In this document: one piece after another, positions 40,832 through 48,958 of the stretch
How positions within the stretch are numbered: position 1 is the stretch's first letter
How the letters are laid out: every line of letters starts with the position of its first letter
From: Patescibacteria group bacterium
Lineage (GTDB): Bacteria > Patescibacteriota > Patescibacteriia > Magasanikbacterales > GWA2-37-8
Assembly (NCBI GenBank): GCA_041649475.1
Contig: JBAZNA010000001.1
Span: 264,612-328,611 of the forward strand
Reading direction: 5' to 3'
Length of the DNA: 64,000 nt
The notes under the pieces: generated by a model
What the model was told of the DNA's origin: nothing
Database searches by the model: none
Seen by the model: only the letters and a program-made list of their open reading frames with translations
Position numbers and translations under genes: made by a program

Positions 40832-41740
40832 ATGTCCAATTCTCGCAGTGGTCCAGCTCTTAGCGAACAGGTGGAGGCGTTGGGGAGGTTGCCGGTGGAT
40901 TTCGCGGAGGTGGACTGTCTGCCTCCCGAGATCAAGAAGCTCATCGCTGATCCAGTCACGTGGAGTGACCCCCGGGTGCGGGGGTACACCACCACGAAAT
41001 CCACGATCGCCCACATCCTCGCCGAGAACCCGGCTTCGGATCGGATGCTCCAGATTGTCTACCCGGACACCAACGGTTCGCCCTTGGTCAACGGTTTGGA
41101 CAGGTTCTTGAGCCGGTCGCTCTCGGGCCAGGCGCTTCGTGATCGTCTGGACTTCTGTTCGGACTGGCTGGCGGACAACTTCGCCCGTCGCGGCAAGCGC
41201 ATCATTGACCTTGGCGGCGGCTCCGGTTCGTACGCGTTCAGGGTCTTTCGTGTCCACGGTTTGATTCCCGCAAAGTTTGTGTGGGACATTTTGGACCTTG
41301 ACCTTGAGGCCCTCAATGTCGCCCGGATGCGGGCGCATGACACCGGCCTGGACGGCGTCATCCAGGTCCGCCAGGGTAACTTCAAGCACGACAGCGCCAT
41401 TCTGCCCGAGAAGGCCGACTACGCTGTTCTCATTGGAGTTCTCTGCGGCATGGACAAGGACACTGCTAGGGACGTGCTCTGCCGTGCCAAGGATCACCTC
41501 AAGCCCGGCGGTGAGATGCTCGCCGCGACCCTCCTGCAGAAGGCCTTTGATGAAGACCCTCGCACCTTCCGCATCCTCTGCAACGTCGGCGGCTGGCAAC
41601 TCCGCCCCAAGACGCCGGAGCAGGTTGCTGAAATCTTCCAGCTTGCCGGTTGGGAGATCATCGGCGATATGATGTCCGAGCGTCCCGACACCAAAGTCGG
41701 CGGCGGTCAGTACGCCATCGTGCACGCCCGCGCCCTCTAG
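40832..41740 (+). CDS. GC-rich class I SAM-dependent methyltransferase
   Basis: IIDLGGGSGSY motif I, LDLD motif II, HLKPGG; SD AAGGAGG; own promoter and terminator. Confidence 0.85.
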   Translation: MSNSRSGPALSEQVEALGRLPVDFAEVDCLPPEIKKLIADPVTWSDPRVRGYTTTKSTIAHILAENPASDRMLQIVYPDTNGSPLVNGLDRFLSRSLSGQALRDRLDFCSDWLADNFARRGKRIIDLGGGSGSYAFRVFRVHGLIPAKFVWDILDLDLEALNVARMRAHDTGLDGVIQVRQGNFKHDSAILPEKADYAVLIGVLCGMDKDTARDVLCRAKDHLKPGGEMLAATLLQKAFDEDPRTFRILCNVGGWQLRPKTPEQVAEIFQLAGWEIIGDMMSERPDTKVGGGQYAIVHARAL

Positions 41741-41766
41741 CGCGGTCCTGCCGAAACACCCTCATG

Positions 41767-41807
41767 CCCGTGCCTGTTCTCTCCGAGAGCAGTCACGGGT
41801 TTTTTTT
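41767..41807 (+). terminator. Intrinsic terminator of methyltransferase cassette
   Basis: CCCGTG-CCTGTTCTC..GAGAGCAG-T-CACGGG followed by T8. Confidence 0.8.
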
Positions 41808-41859
41808 ATTTTATTTTTATGGTAAAATATATCAAACGCAATCGGAATCATCTTCAACT

Positions 41860-43464
41860 ATGGAGGTCTCATACACATATTTTGCCTTTTCAGCTGTCTT
41901 TAATGCTTTTGTCAGCACTTTTTTGGGTTTCTTGATTTTGTTTAAAGACAGAAAAAACAAGATATACAGAAATTTGGCCTGGTTCAGTTTTGGCGTGGCC
42001 CTATGGTCTTACGCGTATATCCTGTGGCCATTGGCGCCTAACCGCGAACTGACTTTGTTGTCTTTCCAACTCCTTCACATCCCGGCTTGCTTTGTGTCTA
42101 TCTTCTATCTTCATTTCGTCGTTAACTGGCTGGGCATATATAAAAAACAAAGATTGATAATTTGGCTGGGATACATCATTTCCTTCTTTTTTGCCTGTAC
42201 TACTTTTACGACGGATTTTATCGCCGGCATGGTGCCTAAGTTCGGTATGCGCTATTGGGCGGTGCCTGGGCCATTGTATGATTATTATTTGGTAATGTTT
42301 TTTGGCTTCACGCTTTACGCCACTTATCTTTTGATTAGGCACTACTCTAAAGAAACCGAAATCAAAAAGAAACAAATTGCCCTAATGCTGGTCGGCATCG
42401 TTTTATCTTTTATCGGCGGCTCAACCAATTATTATCTTTGGTATGAGGTGAATATTCCACCTTACGGAAACATCCTGGCTTCCTCGTTTGTTATTTTTAC
42501 CGTTTATGCCATTATCCGTTATAAACTTCTTAACATAAAACTCATTGCCACTGAAGGCGCGCTTCTGATAATGAACACTTTATTGTTGTTCAGGTTTTTG
42601 ACTTCAAGGGATACGACTGAATTGATTGTCAATCTTTTAATCATGATTGGTTCTTTGGTCCTTTCTTTTATCTTGATTTCAAGCGTAAAAAAAGAAATAA
42701 AACGCCGTGAGGAAGTAACTGTTTTGGCGCGTTCGCTTGAAGCCGCCAACGCCCAACTGAAAGAATTGGATCAGCAAAAAACCGAATTTTTATCCATCGC
42801 CTCCCACCAACTGCGGACGCCGCTTTCCATCGCCAAAGGGTATATAGAATTGATTAAGGATGGGGCCTATGGAAAGGCGGGGCCGGAAATGGTTAAAGTT
42901 TTGGATAAAATGGATACCAGCAATGAACACTTGGTAAAACTGGTTGACGAGTTTTTAGACATCACTCATATTGAACAGGGGCAGATAAAATATGATTTCG
43001 CGGAAAAAAATATCTGCGAGATCACCGATGATGTTATCCATGAGCTGGCGGAAAAAGCAACACAGCAAGGATTGAAAATAAGCTGGGCTTGTCCCCGGGA
43101 AAGAAAAAATATTTTTTGTGATGGCGAAAAAATTCGTCACGTGGTATTAAATTTCATTGATAATGCCATTAAGTATAGCGACAAGGGTGTGGTGGCGATT
43201 ACTTTAAAGAATGAAAATAAGGGAGTGGCCTTCAGAGTAAAAGATAACGGATTGGGTTTTGATAAAGCGGATGAAGCCGGATTTTTTCAAAAATTTTATC
43301 GCGGGAATAATGTTAAGGGCGTAAGTATTAACGGTACCGGGCTTGGTCTTTTTGTTTGCCGTAAATTTATAGAAGCCCATAAGGGCAAGGTTTGGGCCCA
43401 TAGCGACGGCTTGGGCAAGGGCAGTGAGTTTGGTTTTTGGATACCGTCAACCCAAAATTCATGA
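41860..43464 (+). CDS. Membrane sensor histidine kinase (N-terminal 7TM-type region)
   Basis: ASHQLRTPLS H-box, NFIDNAIKY, DNGLG, GTGLGL; ~7-8 TM; start set at MEVSY. Confidence 0.92.
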   Translation: MEVSYTYFAFSAVFNAFVSTFLGFLILFKDRKNKIYRNLAWFSFGVALWSYAYILWPLAPNRELTLLSFQLLHIPACFVSIFYLHFVVNWLGIYKKQRLIIWLGYIISFFFACTTFTTDFIAGMVPKFGMRYWAVPGPLYDYYLVMFFGFTLYATYLLIRHYSKETEIKKKQIALMLVGIVLSFIGGSTNYYLWYEVNIPPYGNILASSFVIFTVYAIIRYKLLNIKLIATEGALLIMNTLLLFRFLTSRDTTELIVNLLIMIGSLVLSFILISSVKKEIKRREEVTVLARSLEAANAQLKELDQQKTEFLSIASHQLRTPLSIAKGYIELIKDGAYGKAGPEMVKVLDKMDTSNEHLVKLVDEFLDITHIEQGQIKYDFAEKNICEITDDVIHELAEKATQQGLKISWACPRERKNIFCDGEKIRHVVLNFIDNAIKYSDKGVVAITLKNENKGVAFRVKDNGLGFDKADEAGFFQKFYRGNNVKGVSINGTGLGLFVCRKFIEAHKGKVWAHSDGLGKGSEFGFWIPSTQNS

Positions 43465-43522
43465 TTGTCAATTTTTTTTAAATAGTGTAATATATACTTG
43501 TTAAAAATTAAGCCAATACCAT

Positions 43523-43996
43523 ATGATATTTCAAAAATCATCCCCTAAAAATATTGTTGAGGAAGAACTGGAAATAGTTGAATTTTCTCCGCAAACCACT
43601 TCCGATGAAGTGGAAACGGTTGTTGGTCCGTCCGTAAATGTTGAGGGTGATTTTGCCTCGGAAGGCAATATCGTGGTAAAGGGCACGGTTTCCGGCAGTG
43701 TTTATACCAGCAAGCACCTGACGGTTGAGATTGGCGCCAAAATTGTCGCCAATGTTAGAGCCGGCAGCGCTACGATCGCCGGTGAAGTAAAGGGCAACAT
43801 GAAGATAAAGGAATCGCTGGAACTCACATCCACTTCAAAAGTTTTAGGTGATGTTGATGTCAGGACATTGACGGTTGAATCCGGCGCCCTGCTTTACGGA
43901 AAAATCACCATGCCCGGAATGGACGCGAGCGACAAACCGTCACGGAATAAATCGGTTAAAAGGGTGACAGAGGAACAGATGACCACGCTTGAATAG
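43523..43996 (+). CDS. Bactofilin / polymer-forming cytoskeletal protein
   Basis: TVVG..VNVEGD, G.V.G repeats, L.VE.GA..G. Confidence 0.9.
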   Translation: MIFQKSSPKNIVEEELEIVEFSPQTTSDEVETVVGPSVNVEGDFASEGNIVVKGTVSGSVYTSKHLTVEIGAKIVANVRAGSATIAGEVKGNMKIKESLELTSTSKVLGDVDVRTLTVESGALLYGKITMPGMDASDKPSRNKSVKRVTEEQMTTLE

Positions 43997-44020
43997 AGGA
44001 GTTGGAATTTGGATATATTT

Positions 44021-44785
44021 ATGTATGTTTATCTCTACGACAATCTTTTGCGCCAGAAAAATTTTACTTCCACCATTAAGGCAATTGAGGTTAGATTGAC
44101 CGATTACGGGATTGCCGGAAAAATTTTGCGTCTCAACAATTATATTGACACCAAGCCGATAATTGAGGATGAAATCAAGAAAGGCGCCAAAACCATAGTT
44201 ATTGTCGGCAATGATTCAACCTTCGGCCAGGTGTTGTCGCGCAGCGCCACCTGTGGCTGTACATTTGGTTTTCTGCCCGTCGGGCCGGATAATTCCATTG
44301 CCGAGGTCTTGGGCATCCCGGAAGGGGTGGAGGCCTGTGATGTGTTGTCAAAACGTCGCCGTGAATTTTTGGATGTCGGCTGGATGAACAGCAGATACTT
44401 TGTTTCCCAGCTTCACATTATGCCGGGAAAATTACAAGTGGTTTATGATGAGCGCTTTAAGGTTACGGCCGCTGACAAAATGGAAGTTATTGTTTGTAAC
44501 TTACAGCCGTTTTTTTGGAAAAAAGACAAGAAAGACCGGGAGCGCCGCGTGGTGCATCCGCAGGACGGAAAATTAGAGGCGTTTCTGCGGCCTTTGACAA
44601 AAAACAAGTGGTGGGGGTATAAATATGAAGACCCCAGCATTTTTCCGTTTGAAGAGATGATGATTTCCAGCCGCGAACCGTTTACGGTTGAGGCAGACGG
44701 CAAAATCTCAAAGGAAGTTAAAGTAAAAATAAAATTGGCCCACAGCAAGATAGATATGATTGTGGGGAGGAATAGGAAGTTTTAA
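44021..44785 (+). CDS. Diacylglycerol kinase-like protein (degenerate)
   Basis: IVGNDSTF (cf. GGDGT), FLPVG.DNSIA..LGIP, DGKLE, EADG. Confidence 0.75.
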   Translation: MYVYLYDNLLRQKNFTSTIKAIEVRLTDYGIAGKILRLNNYIDTKPIIEDEIKKGAKTIVIVGNDSTFGQVLSRSATCGCTFGFLPVGPDNSIAEVLGIPEGVEACDVLSKRRREFLDVGWMNSRYFVSQLHIMPGKLQVVYDERFKVTAADKMEVIVCNLQPFFWKKDKKDRERRVVHPQDGKLEAFLRPLTKNKWWGYKYEDPSIFPFEEMMISSREPFTVEADGKISKEVKVKIKLAHSKIDMIVGRNRKF

Positions 44786-44802
44786 ATATAAAAAGGAGGG
44801 GT

Positions 44803-45495
44803 ATGAAAAGAGGAGGAAGGAAACCCTTGGGAAGGGTTAAAATTAAGTGGTCTTCTAATTTTGCGTATGCAATTGGGCTTATTGCGACTGATGGATGCTT
44901 ATCAAAAGATGGTAGGCATGTAGTTTTTGTTTCAAAGGATTTAGAGCAGATAGAAAATTATCAGAGAACTTTAGGTATTTCATGTTCCATAGGGCGGAAA
45001 AGCCGGGGAGGCGAAAGTGAAAGAAAATATTTTGTTCTTCAGTTCGGGGATGTCCTTTTCTATAAATTTTTATTATCAGTAGGTCTTACTCCTGCCAAAT
45101 CGAAAATTATTGGTGAGCTTGAAATACCAGATGAATATTTTTTCGATTTTCTGCGTGGACATTTGGATGGAGACGGGACGTTTTATTCGTATTGGGATCC
45201 GCGTTGGCATTCCAGTTTTATGTTTTATACTGTTTTTCTTTCAGCGAGCAAGAAACATATTGATTGGATATCCTCTAAATTATACCAATTTTTGGAAATC
45301 AAGGGGCACATAGTGAATAATAACGACTTAATTTACAGTTTGAAATTTGCCAAAAATGAATCTTTAAAATTATTGCCAAAATTGTATTATTCTGATAAAA
45401 TAATTTATCTGTCCAGGAAATATAATAAGATACAAAAAGCTCTGCATATTGAAAACAAGCACAATAATGAGTCAAAAAATGCCCGGGTGCTGTAA
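44803..45495 (+). CDS. Free-standing two-motif LAGLIDADG homing-endonuclease-like protein
   Basis: AYAIGLIATDGC and FLRGHLDGDG motifs; no intein splicing residues; SD AAAGGAGG. Confidence 0.87.
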   Translation: MKRGGRKPLGRVKIKWSSNFAYAIGLIATDGCLSKDGRHVVFVSKDLEQIENYQRTLGISCSIGRKSRGGESERKYFVLQFGDVLFYKFLLSVGLTPAKSKIIGELEIPDEYFFDFLRGHLDGDGTFYSYWDPRWHSSFMFYTVFLSASKKHIDWISSKLYQFLEIKGHIVNNNDLIYSLKFAKNESLKLLPKLYYSDKIIYLSRKYNKIQKALHIENKHNNESKNARVL

Positions 45496-45564
45496 CCGGT
45501 AGCCAGCTTGGTTTGAGGTACCAAGGTCCTAACGGACGTGGAGGTTCAATTCCTCTCCCGGGCA
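45481..45564 (+). tRNA. tRNA-Leu(GAG)
   Basis: GCCCGGG/CCCGGGC-A acceptor; TTGGT-TT-GAG-GT-ACCAA; long variable arm; GGAGG-TTCAATT-CCTCT. Confidence 0.93.
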
Positions 45565-45613
45565 CAATTTACTTTGCTAAAAAGTGAACTTCATAGTAAA
45601 ATATAGGGGATAT

Positions 45614-45856
45614 ATGCGTTACTTTATCGGAATAGTCATGGTCGCGGCAGGGGTGTTTTTGGTTTTAAAAACTGAATGGTTTATTCAGAATTTTGGCACT
45701 AATGCTTGGGCCGAAGAAAAATTCGGTACAGGCGGCGGCACCAGAATGGTGTATAAATTCGTGGGAATTATTTTAATATTTTTTGGTTTTTTGGCGATAA
45801 CCAATTTATACCAGGGATTTTTAGCCGGCACAGTCGGCAAAATATTTGTCCGCTAA
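45614..45856 (+). CDS. Small 2-TM hypothetical protein
   Basis: Two hydrophobic segments, WAEEKFG.GG.R.YK linker. Confidence 0.7.
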   Translation: MRYFIGIVMVAAGVFLVLKTEWFIQNFGTNAWAEEKFGTGGGTRMVYKFVGIILIFFGFLAITNLYQGFLAGTVGKIFVR

Positions 45857-45863
45857 TAAATAT

Positions 45864-46415
45864 ATGACCCATTCAGGCACAGCTTTAATTGATCCATATA
45901 AAATTTTTGCGAAAATTGATTTGGGCCCGGGTATGCGGGTGGCGGATTTGGGCTGCGGTCGCACCGGTCATTTTGTTTTTGCGGCCTCACAGGTTATCGG
46001 CGATAAAGGAATTGTTTACGCGGTTGATGTGATTAAAAATGTTTTGGAAAGCGTCAAGAGCATGGCTAAAACCGAGGGTTGTGATAATGTGCGAACCGTG
46101 TGGTCTGACATTGAGTTGATTGGTAAAACGCCAATACCGGATAACAGTTTGGATGCTTGTTTTTTTATTAATGTTTTGTCCCAGGTTAAAGATAAGGTGT
46201 CGGCCCTGGGGGAGGCGACACGCATGCTCCATCGTGACGGATTTTTAATTGTGGTGGACTGGGTAAAAAAATTGGGCGGCTTGGGGCCAACACCTGAATT
46301 AATGCTGCCGGCGGAAAAATTAACTGGTTTGGGCGCGGAGAAAAATTTAAAACCAATTGACAAATCCATGGCCGGGGACTATCATTACGCTGTAATTTTT
46401 CAAAAAACCGTATGA
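45864..46415 (+). CDS. Class I SAM-dependent methyltransferase
   Basis: VADLGCG..GHF, VYAVDV, VVDW. Confidence 0.87.
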   Translation: MTHSGTALIDPYKIFAKIDLGPGMRVADLGCGRTGHFVFAASQVIGDKGIVYAVDVIKNVLESVKSMAKTEGCDNVRTVWSDIELIGKTPIPDNSLDACFFINVLSQVKDKVSALGEATRMLHRDGFLIVVDWVKKLGGLGPTPELMLPAEKLTGLGAEKNLKPIDKSMAGDYHYAVIFQKTV

Positions 46416-46816
46416 ACATAAAAAATTTATTTGATTTATACTATTGGTTTAGGGAGCCGTATACCGCTACGGGCCTGACTCTCTGGCTTTTGGTCGGCGG
46501 CTTTCTGTTTTTGATCGTAACCGGCCTGATTATACAAATAATCGCGCAATATATTAAAAATAAGACCAGCAAGGTTGTTTTAAAGAAAATCAGTACCCTG
46601 GAAATGACAATGGGCTTTCTTGGTTTGCTTTGGATGTTTTTCAGGCAGGAAAGAGTGGCGTTTTTGGCCTGGAGATTTTGGCTGCTAATTTTTGCCGCGG
46701 TTTCGGTCTGGTGGATATATAGAATTATTTGGTATGCGGTCAAGCGCGCGCCGGAGATAAAAGCCGAGCAGGAGAAGAAAGAAAGAATTGAAAAATATTT
46801 GCCCGGTCGCGGTTAG
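46412..46816 (+). CDS. Hypothetical membrane protein
   Basis: 3 TM segments, ATGA overlap with upstream gene, ends KYLP. Confidence 0.7.
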   Translation: MNIKNLFDLYYWFREPYTATGLTLWLLVGGFLFLIVTGLIIQIIAQYIKNKTSKVVLKKISTLEMTMGFLGLLWMFFRQERVAFLAWRFWLLIFAAVSVWWIYRIIWYAVKRAPEIKAEQEKKERIEKYLPGRG

Positions 46817-46826
46817 ATTATAAACT

Positions 46827-47183
46827 ATGACAAGGAGGGGGAAAAATTTGGGTGACTTCGGAGAAGCCCGGGCCTGCGATTTTTTAATCAGGCACGGGTT
46901 TGCAATTATAGAAAGAAATTATCACACGACAGTTGGTGAAATAGATATCATCGCCGAGAAGGGCGGTGATTATTATTTTATTGAAGTGAAAACGCGCCGG
47001 AATTTTAATCTGGCCAGTGATGAGGCAATAACTTTCTCTAAACGCAAACGACTGAATAAAACCGTCAAGATATATTGCTATCGGAAAAATATCGCCGGTG
47101 GTTCAATTATTTTAGCCGGCGTAATTATCGCGGCTGATGCGGCGCGGAAAAAATTGAAATTCCGATTTTGCGTGTTTAGTTGA
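46827..47183 (+). CDS. YraN/UPF0102 family nuclease-like protein
   Basis: G..GE..A..FL, ERNY...GEIDII, FIEVKTR. Confidence 0.9.
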   Translation: MTRRGKNLGDFGEARACDFLIRHGFAIIERNYHTTVGEIDIIAEKGGDYYFIEVKTRRNFNLASDEAITFSKRKRLNKTVKIYCYRKNIAGGSIILAGVIIAADAARKKLKFRFCVFS

Positions 47184-47238
47184 CATTTTGTGAAATTTTT
47201 AGTATAATATGGCCAACTTTATTCATAATATTTTTAAT

Positions 47239-47844
47239 ATGGCGGTTCATCCATCTAAAGAAAAAACATTTGTTATCATCAAACCGGACGGAGTCCAGCG
47301 CGCTTTGGTTGGCGAGATAATTCAGCGTTTAGAAAAAGTCGGTTTGAAAATTATTGCTTTAAAGATGGTGCTTCCAACCGAAGATCAGTGCTGGACGCAT
47401 TACAACAAAGACGATGCCTGGTTTAAGCAAAAAGGGGAGAGGACGATTGAAAACAGAAAAGCGATGAAAATGAAGGTTGATAAATCAGCTCTTGAATACG
47501 GCAAAGATATTGTCCGCGCTTTGGTTAAATTTATGACTGCCGGTCCGGTGGTGGCTATGGTTTTATCCGGCAATCAGGCGGTAGGGATTGTTAAAAAATT
47601 AGTTGGCGGCACCGAACCGCTGACATCCGATGTGGGAACCATCAGAGGTGATTTGACTTTGGATTCTTATGAACTTTCCAGTTTGGATGAACGGGCCGTG
47701 CGCAATTTGATTCATTGTTCGGATAAACCGGAAGAAGCCGAGAGGGAAATTGACATTTGGTTTAAACCGGAGGAATTGATTGGTTATAGGCAGATTCAGG
47801 AAGAGATTTTGTATGATGTAAACCTGGATGGAATTCTAGAGTAA
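47239..47844 (+). CDS. ndk: Nucleoside diphosphate kinase
   Basis: TFVIIKPDGVQR, GTIRGD, NLIHCSD; promoter TTGACA-17-TATAAT places start at 47239. Confidence 0.95.
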   Translation: MAVHPSKEKTFVIIKPDGVQRALVGEIIQRLEKVGLKIIALKMVLPTEDQCWTHYNKDDAWFKQKGERTIENRKAMKMKVDKSALEYGKDIVRALVKFMTAGPVVAMVLSGNQAVGIVKKLVGGTEPLTSDVGTIRGDLTLDSYELSSLDERAVRNLIHCSDKPEEAEREIDIWFKPEELIGYRQIQEEILYDVNLDGILE

Positions 47845-47949
47845 CTAAATATAAAAGATAGTTTCTTCTCTCTTTAGTTTTAATTGATTTAGCTCAAAAT
47901 CAGGTGTATAATATCCCCATCTTAAGCAATTTTTTTGTATTCCTAAAAT

Positions 47950-48954
47950 ATGCCTAAAAAACAAATCATCGCTGTCCTCGGAGCCGGAAACATGGGCACA
48001 TCCATCGCCAATGTAATCGCTCAAAATGGGTATAGTGTAAATCTTTGGAACTATGAAGGCGACCCGGAACCCTTAAAGCAAATTGCCCAATTCGGCGAGA
48101 ATAAAAAATATCTGGCCGGCATAAAGTTATCAAAAAATATTAAACCGGTTTTTGATTTGGCCAAAGCTCTCAAAACCGCCAATATTGTCTTTTTTGTCGT
48201 GCCCAGTTCATTTGTGGCTGATCTTGCCAAACGAACGGTCAAACATTTAACAAAAGAAACTATTTGTGTTGACGCCTCCAAAGGTATGGATGAAAAGTCC
48301 CTGGAAATCATCCCCAATATTATCAGCGCCAGCTTGCCCAAGCATTTAAAAAACAAAGTGGCCACCATTTCCGGACCGGCGATTGCTATTGATATGGTCA
48401 AAGGCGGTTTTACAGCCATGAATATCGCTTCAAAAAATTTTAAATCAATTACAGCCGTCAAAAAAGTAATGGAAAATAAAAATCTGAAATTGATCCCAAC
48501 CAACGATATTATCGGGGTTGAAGTTACGGGTTCGTTTAAAAATGTTTACGCCATTGCCATGGGCTTGTGTGACGGGTTTGGATATTCGATGAACACCAAA
48601 GCCGCCCTTTTGGTTATCGCTTTAAAAGAAATCAGCGTATTGGTTAAAAAAATGGGCGGAGAGTCCCATACGGTTTATGATCTGGCCGGCCTGGGTGATT
48701 TGGTCGGCACTGGTCTTTGCGCCACCAGCCGCAACCGGCGTTTCGGCGAACTGGTTGCCCAGGGTCTTACCAAAAATGAAGCAGTAGCCAAAGTCGGCCA
48801 AACAGTTGAAGGTATAAAGGCCAGCCAGACGCTTTATAAACTCAATAAAAGATATAAGATAAAATCTCCGTTTGCGGAAATGGTCTACAAAATAGTTTCC
48901 GGCGTTGCTTCGCCCAAATCTGCTTTGGAAAAATTTTTACAAAATATCAAATAA
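47950..48954 (+). CDS. gpsA: NAD(P)H-dependent glycerol-3-phosphate dehydrogenase
   Basis: GAGNMGT, SKG, SGP, KNVYAIA.G, LAGLGDL, SRNRRFG. Confidence 0.95.
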   Translation: MPKKQIIAVLGAGNMGTSIANVIAQNGYSVNLWNYEGDPEPLKQIAQFGENKKYLAGIKLSKNIKPVFDLAKALKTANIVFFVVPSSFVADLAKRTVKHLTKETICVDASKGMDEKSLEIIPNIISASLPKHLKNKVATISGPAIAIDMVKGGFTAMNIASKNFKSITAVKKVMENKNLKLIPTNDIIGVEVTGSFKNVYAIAMGLCDGFGYSMNTKAALLVIALKEISVLVKKMGGESHTVYDLAGLGDLVGTGLCATSRNRRFGELVAQGLTKNEAVAKVGQTVEGIKASQTLYKLNKRYKIKSPFAEMVYKIVSGVASPKSALEKFLQNIK

Positions 48955-48958
48955 TTAA

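Noticed and set aside
40625-41725. 366-aa antisense ORF over the methyltransferase
   Set aside because: Shadow ORF caused by high GC3; the plus frame has the motifs, SD, promoter and terminator
41650-41859. 70-aa N-terminal extension of the histidine kinase
   Set aside because: Overlaps the methyltransferase and its terminator; the real start is likely 41860
44803-45495. Intein or group I intron context for the LAGLIDADG
   Set aside because: No splice-junction residues or host extein; flanking gene and tRNA are uninterrupted
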